From the NCBI GenBank assembly GCA_010032125.1, contig RHAU01000001.1, positions 1-41,584 of the forward strand: 41,584 nt of DNA. The letters run 5' to 3'. The notes below the pieces were generated by a model. That model made no database searches and had not been told where the DNA came from. It was given only the letters and a program-made list of their open reading frames with translations. Source of the stretch: Actinomycetota bacterium. GTDB taxonomy: Bacteria; Actinomycetota; Actinomycetes; Nanopelagicales; Nanopelagicaceae. Of the stretch, positions 19,164-27,746 are shown in pieces. Made by a program: the position numbers and the translations under genes. How positions within the stretch are numbered: the first letter of the stretch is position 1; every line of letters begins with the position of its first letter.

Positions 19164-20651
19164 CTAAATCTTCTTCACTTGGTGCGCCGCCGCAATCGCA
19201 CCAAGAACCGCGGCCGCCTTATTCAAACATTCGTTATCTTCATCTTCGGCACGAGAATCTGCAACGATCCCGGCCCCGGCTTGTACGTATGCAATTCCAT
19301 TCTTGATCAGTGTTGTTCTAATTGCGATACATGTATCAATATTTCCGGTGAAATCTAAGTATCCGATCGCGCCACCATATAAACCGCGGCGACTTTTTTC
19401 TCTCTCCTCAATGATCTCCATCGCGCGAGGTTTTGGCGCGCCGGAGAGCGTTCCGGCAGGGAAAACAGAGAAGAGGGCATCAATCGGCGATTGATCTTCG
19501 CTCAAAGTTCCGGTGACGGTCGAAACAATATGCATCACATGAGAGAAGCGCTCTAATTGCATAAATTCAACGACGCTTACGGTCCCGGCTTTACATACTC
19601 TGCCGATGTCATTTCTTCCGAGATCAACCAACATGAGATGTTCGGCACGCTCTTTCGGATCTTTGAGAAGCTCCTCGCCAATCTTTTGATCCTCCTCATG
19701 ATGTGCAGAACGTTTTCGTGTTCCAGCGATCGGATGAACCATCACCTCTCGATTACTTACTTTGACTAATGCCTCAGGGCTTGAGCCAACAACGCTGACA
19801 CCTCCGGAAAGTCGGAAGAGGTACATATATGGGCTTGGATTGTGCAGTCGCAACATTCGATAAATATCAAATGGATCGGCCTTACATTCCATTTCAAAGC
19901 GTTGAGAAAGGACAACTTGGAAGGCTTCTCCGCTTGCGATTTCTTCTTTGATTATTGCTATATCTTTAAGGAAGTTCTCCTTCGAAGTCTTTCGTGTGAA
20001 GTGTGGTTCTGGTTTCGCGCCGACGCTGGCAATCAGAGTAGGAGTCTCTTTTCTTAAAGCGCTTTCCATCGCATCGAGTCGGCTCGTTGCTCTGGCAAAT
20101 GCCTCATCAACCCGTTCATCAGATCCATCCCAATTAATCGCGTTTGAAATAAGGGTAAGGCTGCCTTCAAAATGATCGTAAACGGCAAGATCTGTGGTTA
20201 ATATGAAAGTTATTTCTGGCAACTTAAGTTCATCAATTGTGAGTTCAGGCAATTTTTCTAAACGGCGGACGGCGTCGTACGAGATATAACCAACTAAGCC
20301 ACCAGTTAAAGGCGGAAGATCCGGCAGCACTGGAGATTTCAGATGTTTAGTTGCGATGCGTAACGCTTCAAGTGGATCTATTCCGACGGGTGCGCCGGCG
20401 GGCATCGTTCCTTCCCATGCGGCAACTCCGTCACGTTCTGTCAGAACTGATTCACTCGCAACACCGATAAATGAGTAACGCGACCAGGCGCCTCCATGCT
20501 CAGCAGACTCGAGAAGAAAAGTGTTCTCACGATGTCCAGCAAGCTTTACATAGAGCGAAAGCGGTGTCTCATTATCTGCAAGGTATTTTCGGGCGACGGG
20601 GATGACATTGTGGTTCTTGGCCAGTTCCCGGAATTGCTCAATTCGCATCAT
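19164..20651 (-). CDS. trpE: Anthranilate synthase component I
   Basis: 495 aa; ..[16 protein letters not shown].., ..[10 protein letters not shown].., ..[14 protein letters not shown].., ..[28 protein letters not shown].. The ATG overlaps the priA stop (ATGA). Confidence 0.95.
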   Translation of the reverse strand: MMRIEQFRELAKNHNVIPVARKYLADNETPLSLYVKLAGHRENTFLLESAEHGGAWSRYSFIGVASESVLTERDGVAAWEGTMPAGAPVGIDPLEALRIATKHLKSPVLPDLPPLTGGLVGYISYDAVRRLEKLPELTIDELKLPEITFILTTDLAVYDHFEGSLTLISNAINWDGSDERVDEAFARATSRLDAMESALRKETPTLIASVGAKPEPHFTRKTSKENFLKDIAIIKEEIASGEAFQVVLSQRFEMECKADPFDIYRMLRLHNPSPYMYLFRLSGGVSVVGSSPEALVKVSNREVMVHPIAGTRKRSAHHEEDQKIGEELLKDPKERAEHLMLVDLGRNDIGRVCKAGTVSVVEFMQLERFSHVMHIVSTVTGTLSEDQSPIDALFSVFPAGTLSGAPKPRAMEIIEEREKSRRGLYGGAIGYLDFTGNIDTCIAIRTTLIKNGIAYVQAGAGIVADSRAEDEDNECLNKAAAVLGAIAAAHQVKKI

Positions 20652-21379
20652 CTGCAGGCCGCCAACGCATCTGACAGTTTCATCGCTCCTGTATACAAGG
20701 CTTTGCCCACAATTGCTCCGTCGACACCAGGAATATTCTGCAACGTCGTGAGATCACTTACCGATGCGACCCCACCTGATGCAGTAATGGGCATTTTCGT
20801 TCTTGAAGTAATTGCCTTGAGTAAATCGAAGTTGGGTCCCTTGAGATTGCCGTCACGATTGACATCGGTGACGCTGTACCTTTGACATCCAATCTCATCC
20901 AAGCGATGAAGTGTTGACCAGATCTCGCCAACAACGCTATCGCTTCCCCTGGGTCGAATCTGATCACCATCGACATCGAGCGCTACTGAAATATCGATTT
21001 CACTACTAGAAAGTACAGAGCTCAGCCAAGTGAAATTCTCGAGCGCAGCGCAACTCATATTAATTCTTTCGCATCCGCTTTCTTGAGAGAGTTGATATGA
21101 CTCCTCATCTTTTATGCCACCAGAAAGTTGAACTTTCATATCTACGTTGTTAATGATTTCCTTGATGAGTTTGGTGTTATTTCCCGTCCCATAGGCAAGG
21201 TCAAGGTCAACAAGGTGTATCCAGCGAGCCCCCATACGTTGGAACTCATGGGCAACTTCCATGGGATCGGCCTCGTTGCTGCTGTTGGAGATATCCGCGC
21301 CCGCAAGACGAACAGATTTTCCGGATTTAACATCTATTGCTGGCAGGACAGTGAAGGGTGTCGTGTCAGTCATCGGCAA
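20648..21379 (-). CDS. priA: HisA-family (beta/alpha)8 isomerase, PriA-like (ProFAR/PRA isomerase)
   Basis: 243 aa; VLPAIDVKSGKSVRL.., ..WIHLVDLDLAYGTG.., ..VQLSGGIKD.., ..VTDVNRDGNLKGPNFDLL.., ..ITASGGVAS..GAIVGKALY. It resembles M. tuberculosis PriA closely as I recall it. Confidence 0.9.
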   Translation of the reverse strand: MPMTDTTPFTVLPAIDVKSGKSVRLAGADISNSSNEADPMEVAHEFQRMGARWIHLVDLDLAYGTGNNTKLIKEIINNVDMKVQLSGGIKDEESYQLSQESGCERINMSCAALENFTWLSSVLSSSEIDISVALDVDGDQIRPRGSDSVVGEIWSTLHRLDEIGCQRYSVTDVNRDGNLKGPNFDLLKAITSRTKMPITASGGVASVSDLTTLQNIPGVDGAIVGKALYTGAMKLSDALAACR

Positions 21380-21431
21380 ATTGTAGATATCGAATCGACT
21401 CTATGCAGCCCAATTTTAATAGCCTTGGCCC

Positions 21432-21911
21432 ATGAGATTGTTGCCACTCCTGTTGGCCATCACAGTTCTGCTCACAGGCTGCTCCTCTGAATCAGAGAGC
21501 AGTTCGACCACGAGTAATTCCACCTCTCAAACTTCAAAATCAAACAAACTTCTTGTAGCCGACCGAGAGTGCACCAGCGATGAATTTTCTGGCGGAAGTG
21601 AGTGGATAGATGGACAGATGAGCGCTTTTGCTCGAGCCGATGAAAAAGGTGCCTATAAATATGCCTCTGAATCTTTTCGCGCAAATGTCTCACTTGAAGA
21701 TTTCATTACAGTAATTGCAAATCAATATCCCATGTTGCTAGATCTGAGAAGCCACTCGATTGTGCGATGTGCCAAGGAAGGCAGCAATTTTGTCTTTGAT
21801 CTCTACCTAGTTGCCAATGATGGATTGAAATATGCGATGAGATACAACCTATCGTTGATCAATAAACAATGGGGCGTCGATTCCGCCTCAGTAGTTCAAT
21901 ATTTAAACTAG
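21432..21911 (+). CDS. Putative lipoprotein (DUF4864-like)
   Basis: 159 aa; signal peptide plus lipobox MRLLPLLLAITVLLTGC, then a Ser/Thr-rich linker. The segment ..QMSAFARADEKGAYKYASESFRANVSLEDFITVIANQYPML.. resembles what I remember of DUF4864. Function unknown. Confidence 0.65.
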   Translation: MRLLPLLLAITVLLTGCSSESESSSTTSNSTSQTSKSNKLLVADRECTSDEFSGGSEWIDGQMSAFARADEKGAYKYASESFRANVSLEDFITVIANQYPMLLDLRSHSIVRCAKEGSNFVFDLYLVANDGLKYAMRYNLSLINKQWGVDSASVVQYLN

Positions 21912-24900
21912 ACAATCCGGTCCCAAGACAGATTTCAAATCTGCACTGAGGCTCGGTGAAGCCGTCACTTTCAAGCCATCATCAAGGCGTAGCGTCTTTG
22001 CGGATCGATTACCTTCGATGCGAAGATGCACTTCACGAGTACCGGGATGAGAGCGCAGAATCTCCTTCATCCGATCTACTACAGGCGGTGTGCAACGTTC
22101 CGCTTCGATTTTTATGACAAATGGACCGATCGGCGCTTGATTTACATCGGGAATTGAAAGATCAATAGCGGTGATACGTGGCGTGTCTTCACCCTTATCG
22201 ACTCTTCCACGAATCGCAACAATGCGATCTTCGATGATGTTAAGCGCGTGCTGTTGATATGAATTTGAATAGAAACGAACATCAACTGCTCCTTCGAGAT
22301 CTTCAACCGTCACAATCGCCCATGATTGTCCCTGGCGACTGACTTTTCTTTGAATCGTCGTTATTAACCCGGCAATGGTCACTACATTTTTCCGCACGCT
22401 TGGACTCTGTTATCGCATCGATTGCTTCCAAATAAACGGCCATGAGACCTTTTCGAGGATGGCCCAGAGAGTCAAATGCCCCCGCTTTGATTAACGATTC
22501 AATAGTTTTCTTATTGCAAACAAAGGCATCTACTTTTGCAAGGAAGTCGCCAAACGATGTGAATCTACCTTTATCAATCCGATTGCGCACGACTGAAGCA
22601 ACAACGTTCTCGCCAACATTTCTGATTGCAGCCAAGCCGAAACGAATATCTTTTCCTCTCGGCGTGTATTCAGCATCAGATTCATTGACATCTGGAGGTA
22701 GAACTTTGATTCCCATACGACGACACTCGTTGAGGTAAAGCGCGGATTTATCTTTGTCATCCCGAACGCTAGTAAGAAGTGCTGCCATATATTCAGTCGG
22801 ATAATTTGCTTTGAGATAAGCAGTCCAGAAGGAGACAACCCCATATCCGGCACTATGCGCTCGGTTAAACGCGTAATCGGAGAATGGAATAAGCGTCTTC
22901 CACAATTCTTCAATGGCGATACTGGAGAAGCCGTTCTTCTTCATACCTGCTTCGAAAGGAACATACTCCTTATCAAGAATCTCTTTATTCTTCTTGCCCA
23001 TGGCCTTTCTTAGTAAATCTGCGCGAGCAAGTGAGAAGCCTGCAAGTTTTTGGGCAATTGCCATCACTTGCTCCTGATAAACAATCAATCCATATGTGTC
23101 GCCTAGGATTTCTTTTAGCGCATCAGAAAGTTCGGGATGGATTGGTTCAATTCGTTTTCTCTTATTCTTTCGATCGGCGTAGTCGTTGTGAGCATTAACC
23201 CCCATAGGACCGGGGCGATAGAGAGCAATCACGGCTGATATGTCATCAAAGGAATCAGGAGCCATGGATCGAAGAAGTGCTCGAATGGGTCCACTATCGA
23301 GCTGGAAGACTCCGAGAGTTTCACCACGTGAGAGCAATTCAAATGTCTTCTTATCGGCAAGCGGCAAATCTTCAAGAATGATCTCTTTGCCCTGATTCTT
23401 CTTGATATTCGCGATGCAATCGTCGAGTACGGAGAGATTTCGCAGTCCAAGAAAATCCATCTTGAGTAGCCCTGTAGCCTCGCAGGCACCCATATCGAAT
23501 TGAGTAATGATGGCGCCATCGGCATCTCTTCGATGTATCGGGATCACGTCAAGAAGTGGATCGCGACTCAAGATAACTCCAGCCGCGTGCACACTCCACT
23601 GTCGCTTTAAACCTTCAAGTCCCCGAGCCACATCAACGATGGTCTTTGAATCGGGATCAGTTTCATAGATATTCCGGAATTCCTGTGCTTCGGCAAATCG
23701 CTCATGTGACTCATCAAAAACACCGGCAAGTGAGATGTCCTTGCCCATGATTGATGGCGGCAATGCCTTCGTTAATTTCTCTCCGAGCGCGTAGGGATAC
23801 CCAAGAACGCGAGTGGCATCTTTTATCGATTGTTTCGACTTGATCGTGCCATACGTAATGATCTGCGCAACGCGATCTTCTCCGTATTTTGTCGTCGCGT
23901 AACGAATCATCTCGCCGCGTCTTCTTTCATCAAAGTCCAAATCAATATCGGGCATCGAAATTCGATCCGGATTAAGGAAGCGCTCGAAAAGTAATCCATG
24001 CTTGATGGGATCCAACGCAGTAATTCCAAGAGAGTAGGAAACAAGTGATCCTGCTGCAGAACCGCGACCGGGACCAACGCGAATTCCTTCGCTCTTTGCA
24101 TGAGCAACAAGATCTGCGACGACAAGGAAGTAACCAGCAAAACCCATCTTTGTCATAACGCCGAGCTCGTAATCCAGTCGTGCCAAATATTCCGCGGGAG
24201 CGCCTTGAGGGAAACGTTCCTTTAATCCTCGTTGCGCCTCTTTAATCAGCCAACTGTCTTCGCTCTCCCCTTGTGGAACTGGGAATTTCGGAAGCAAATT
24301 CTCGTTTTCACGTAGGGTGACATTGCATCTCTCCGCGATAAGAAGGGTGTTATCACAGGCAACTTCAAGATCCTTAAAGATTTCTCGCATCTGGGCAGCG
24401 GTCTTTAAGTAGAACTCACCATTTTCGAATTTGAATCGCTTTGGATCGGCCAATGTAGTTCCGGATTGAACCGCTAATAACGCGGCATGATGCTCAAAGT
24501 CCTTCGAATATGTGTAATGCAGGTCGTTTGTGGCTAGTAAAGGCAATCCCAATTCTCTTGCCAAACGGAGTAAATCATCTTTTACTCTCCGTTCGATCTG
24601 CACGCCATGATCCATGATTTCAACGAAATAATTCTCTGCACCAAAAATTTCTCGATAAGTCGCGGCCGCAGAGCGTGCTTCGGCGTAGTCTCCAATTCTC
24701 AATCGAGTTTGAATCTCCCCGCCGGGACAGCCCGTTGTTGCAATCAGACCGGCCGAATAACGTGAGAGAAGTTCTCGATCCATACGCGGCTTGTAATAAA
24801 AACCTTCGAGTGATGCCAGAGACGCAAGGCGGAAGAGATTAGAAAGTCCGGTGTTATCTTCGGCAAGAATTGTCATATGGGTGTAAGCACCACCACCTGA

Positions 24901-25176
24901 AACATCGTCCTCGCCGCCTTCTGCCCATTTCACGCGACGTTTATCGAACCTAGACTCTGGAGCAACATATGCTTCAATTCCAATAATCGGCTTTACGCCA
25001 GCGCTGCGCATTGTTGTGTAGAAATCAAATGCTCCGAAGACATTGCCATGATCGGTCATGGCGATTGCGCCATCGCCGTTTAATGCAACTTCTTTTGCTA
25101 GGTCATCAATGCGTGCAGCGCCATCGAGCATCGAGTACTCGGTATGTACATGGAGATGAACGAAACCCTTGCTCAC
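21903..25176 (-). pseudogene. dnaE: DNA polymerase III alpha subunit (DnaE1), interrupted: 957-aa ORF (22303..25176) plus 164-aa C-terminal ORF (21903..22397) in another frame
   Basis: The N-terminal ORF has the PHP domain ([16 protein letters not shown]), palm/fingers and HhH region, up to ..[31 protein letters not shown]. The C-terminal ORF begins at the OB-fold ([37 protein letters not shown]..) and runs to the normal C-terminus. The segment normally between them is in neither frame. Confidence 0.85.
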
Positions 25177-25199
25177 GGTCGGCGAGATTACTCCCCGCC

Positions 25200-26135
25200 T
25201 CAGTGCGTTGAGAGCAGCTCCAAAGCGCGTTTCAGGTCAGCGGGATAAGCGCTGGAAAATGTGAGAGGAGTGCCAGTTCGAGGGTGGGCAAAGCTCAATT
25301 CGATGGCATGAAGCCATGGTCGTCGAAGTTCGAGTCGATCGGCCAACACTGGATCGCCTCCATACGCCAAATCGCCTACCAGAGGATGGCGCAGCGCGGT
25401 GAAATGAACTCTGATCTGATGTGTTCTTCCCGTTTCTAACTCCACGCGCAGCAACGTTGCTCCTGCAAAATACTCAATCAATGAATAGTGAGTGATGCTT
25501 GGTTTTCCATCTGCAACAACAGCAAATCGATAATCCTCTCGAGGATGACGACCGATGGGAGCATCGATTGTTCCCTCCGAAGGATCCATGTGTCCTTGCA
25601 CGACTGTGTGGTAAATCTTCTTTACTTCTCGAGCTCTAAATTGATTTTTTAAAGTCTGATAAGAACTTTCATTCTTGGCCACTAACATCAATCCCGACGT
25701 TCCAACATCAAGACGTTGAACGATTCCTTGTCTCTCTTGAGAACCAGTGGTGGCAATTCGAATTCCTCGAGCAAGTAATCCGCCGAGAACGGTTGGTCCG
25801 GTCCATCCAGGGCTCGGGTGTGCCGCCACTCCTACTGGCTTATTGATGACGACGACATCGTCATCATCGTGAACGATCTCTAAATCTGCAATCGGAGTTT
25901 CGTGAAGTGCAAGTGGATCAAATGGTGCAGGCATACGCACTCGTAATTTGTCGCCTGGCTCAACTCGATCTGATTTGGAAAGAGGCTTTTTCCCTTGGAG
26001 AACATCGCCAGCATTGAGTAAATCTGCGACAACGCTCCGTGAAAGCTGCAAAATCTTTGCAAGGGCGCTATCGACACGTTCACCTTGGAACTCCTCGGAG
26101 ATGAGAATTTCCCTTACTTCTCGTTCACCGCTCAT
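25200..26135 (-). CDS. rluD: RluA-family 23S rRNA pseudouridine synthase (RluD-like)
   Basis: The ORF is open from 26216. ATG 26135 ([11 protein letters not shown]..) overlaps the lspA stop (ATGA) and is the likely start. S4 domain, then the catalytic motif ..[18 protein letters not shown].. and ..GRTHQIRVH.. Confidence 0.9.
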   Translation of the reverse strand: MSGEREVREILISEEFQGERVDSALAKILQLSRSVVADLLNAGDVLQGKKPLSKSDRVEPGDKLRVRMPAPFDPLALHETPIADLEIVHDDDDVVVINKPVGVAAHPSPGWTGPTVLGGLLARGIRIATTGSQERQGIVQRLDVGTSGLMLVAKNESSYQTLKNQFRAREVKKIYHTVVQGHMDPSEGTIDAPIGRHPREDYRFAVVADGKPSITHYSLIEYFAGATLLRVELETGRTHQIRVHFTALRHPLVGDLAYGGDPVLADRLELRRPWLHAIELSFAHPRTGTPLTFSSAYPADLKRALELLSTH

Positions 26136-26533
26136 GGATGGCGCTCCGAAGAGTGGGTTGGTCGGACATTCGTGCTGACCAGAAACGTAATAAGAATCCC
26201 CGAGATGACGATGCACGAATCAGCGATATTAAATACTGGCCAATGTGGAATTTGGATCCAATCCACAACTTCTCCTTGCCACATCGCTGGCGGTCGAACC
26301 GCGCGGTCCCATAAGTTTCCAACCACCCCGCCAAAGAGCAACGCAAGCGCGATAGCCCACTTCCTACTGATGACTTTGGACATATAGAAGATGACATATG
26401 TTGCCACCGCGAGTTTGAGTGCGGTCAGGATGAATGTTGCGTTAGAGGCGATATTGAAGGCAGCGCCTTTATTTGTCGTGTAGGTGAATTTGAGAAAGTC
26501 GCCAATAACACGAATAGGTTCTCTGAACTGCAA
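26132..26533 (-). CDS. lspA: Signal peptidase II (lipoprotein signal peptidase); true start probably upstream of the TTG at 26533
   Basis: ..FTYTTNKGAAFNI.., ..GGVVGNLWDRA.., ..VVDWIQIPHWPVFNIADSCI.. are LspA motifs. The same frame stays open upstream and encodes ..SARRWFIVIATIAFALDLATKNWASAYL (TM1), but contains no ATG/GTG/TTG (see findings). Confidence 0.85.
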   Translation of the reverse strand: MQFREPIRVIGDFLKFTYTTNKGAAFNIASNATFILTALKLAVATYVIFYMSKVISRKWAIALALLFGGVVGNLWDRAVRPPAMWQGEVVDWIQIPHWPVFNIADSCIVISGILITFLVSTNVRPTHSSERHP

Positions 26534-26631
26534 ATAAGCACTTGCCCAATTCTTCGTTGCTAGGTCCAGAGCGAATGCGATTGTTGCGATGACGATAAAC
26601 CATCGTCGCGCGCTTAAAGTCTGGGAGGAAT

Positions 26632-27468
26632 TCAGCGACGCTCTTCCTTCTGCTTGCAGAGCATGCAGAGTGTCGCACGAGGAAATACTTGGAGGCGCGC
26701 CTTACCAATCGAGTGACCACAATCTTCGCAGCGTCCATACGATTTGTTATCAATGCGCTCGAGTGCTCGTTCTGTCTGAAGAACCATATCTCGGGCGTTG
26801 TAGACCAATGACATCTCGTGTTCTCGTTCAAATGTCTTCGCACCGGCGTCGGCTTGGTCGTCACCGGCACCAACACCCGATGCTTCGATCAGCGCATCCA
26901 TTTCACTTTCAACTTCTTCCAATTCTTTCTTCAGGCGAACTAAGTCTTTTGCCAACTCACTTCTAATGGATTTCAATTCCGTCGCAGTCCATGTTTCCGC
27001 GCCTTCTGTGACGATAAGTGGAGCGGGTGCAGCCTTTATCGGCTTAAGAGATTGAGGCTTCTTGCCAGGCTTTGGTTTGCGCACTGGCGGGGGAAGCACA
27101 AGTCGCTTCTCTTCGACGACGACCACATCGCTCGCCTCAATTTCCGGCTTGTAAACCGAAATTGTTGTTGCACCGCCTTTGGCAGTACTACTAGTGAGCG
27201 CTGTCTTGTGTGCGCCCTTAATAATTGCTGCCTGCGGCTTCTTTGGCGGAAGTTTTTTGGCCGGTGCAACTTTCTTTGCTGGCGCAATTTTCTTGGCCGG
27301 CGTGACCTTCTTCGCTGCCGCTTTCTTTGCAGGAGCTTTCTTGGCAGCTGGCTTCTTTGCGGGAGACTTCTTCGCTACGACTTTTTTCGCCACTGGTTTG
27401 CTCTTCGCGCTCGACTTTTTACCGGCGAATCGAGCGACGGCTTTCGATAATTTCTTCTTCAATGGCAC
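26632..27468 (-). CDS. DksA/TraR-family C4 zinc-finger protein with N-terminal Lys/Ala-rich repeat domain
   Basis: 278 aa. The C-terminal half has a coiled-coil-like segment (ELKSIRSELAKDLVRLKKELEEVESEMDAL) and the zinc finger CEDCGHSIGKARLQVFPRATLCMLC. The N-terminal ~80 aa are (P/A)AKK repeats. GTG start. Confidence 0.8.
   Translation of the reverse strand: MPLKKKLSKAVARFAGKKSSAKSKPVAKKVVAKKSPAKKPAAKKAPAKKAAAKKVTPAKKIAPAKKVAPAKKLPPKKPQAAIIKGAHKTALTSSTAKGGATTISVYKPEIEASDVVVVEEKRLVLPPPVRKPKPGKKPQSLKPIKAAPAPLIVTEGAETWTATELKSIRSELAKDLVRLKKELEEVESEMDALIEASGVGAGDDQADAGAKTFEREHEMSLVYNARDMVLQTERALERIDNKSYGRCEDCGHSIGKARLQVFPRATLCMLCKQKEERR
27238..27420 (-). repeat. Coding low-complexity tandem repeat: about 12 (P/A)(A)KK units
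   Basis: Residues 17-77 of the DksA-like ORF: KKSSAKSKPVAKKVVAKKSPAKKPAAKKAPAKKAAAKKVTPAKKIAPAKKVAPAKKLPPKK. At DNA level these are reiterated GCN-AAG/AAA codons. Confidence 0.7.
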
Positions 27469-27595
27469 AGCGCCGAAGGCTAAGGGTTAAGTGAGGTAAT
27501 TGCCACTCGCCGCGTGGGACTTCGCTCAAAGTTGATATGAGGGAGAGTGAATAGAGATGTAATAGAATTTGCACCGCTTACATATTCGCAACTGA

Positions 27596-27746
27596 CTGGG
27601 CCATCACCCACGAGCGAGTTGGAAGAAATGGGCCGCCGGCTCACGTAGAACCGACAGTAAGCGACTCAAGTGGCAGCTTTCGCTGCAAGGCGGGTGGTAC
27701 CGCGGTCGAAGAGATCGCCCCTCCAGAATGTGAAATGGAGGCACTC
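27596..27746 (+). promoter_or_regulatory. T-box riboswitch leader of ileS (Ile specifier, SD-sequestering translational type)
   Basis: GGGTGGTACCGCGG (27692-27705) matches the T-box core. An antiterminator-like fold is formed by GGCGGG (27689-94)/CCCTCC (27719-24), the 7-nt bulge TGGTACC, and the hairpin GCGGTC-GAAGA-GATCGC. CCTCC can alternatively pair with the SD GGAGG (27737-41). Candidate specifier ATC+A at 27603-27606. The 5' boundary and the stem I/II folds are not resolved by hand. Confidence 0.8.

Noticed and set aside
21380-21431. Looked for a trp leader peptide/attenuator or a his-type leader upstream of priA-trpE
   Set aside because: The spacer is only 52 nt and is shared with a divergent gene. 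It has no Trp- or His-codon-rich mini-ORF and no terminator/antiterminator pair.
26469-26876. 135-aa minus-strand ORF bridging the dksA-like 3' end and the lspA 5' end, containing the only ATG (~26602) near the lspA start
   Set aside because: It is in a different frame from both conserved proteins, has an Arg/His/Ser-rich nonsense-like sequence, and ends inside lspA. It is useful only as a hint that the lspA start region deserves checking.
27052-27490. Plus-strand ORFs of 132 and 103 aa, rich in F/L/A/G and resembling a membrane protein
   Set aside because: They are the reverse-complement reading of the AAG/GCN lysine-alanine repeat of the DksA-like gene. Their apparent hydrophobicity is a codon-complement artefact.
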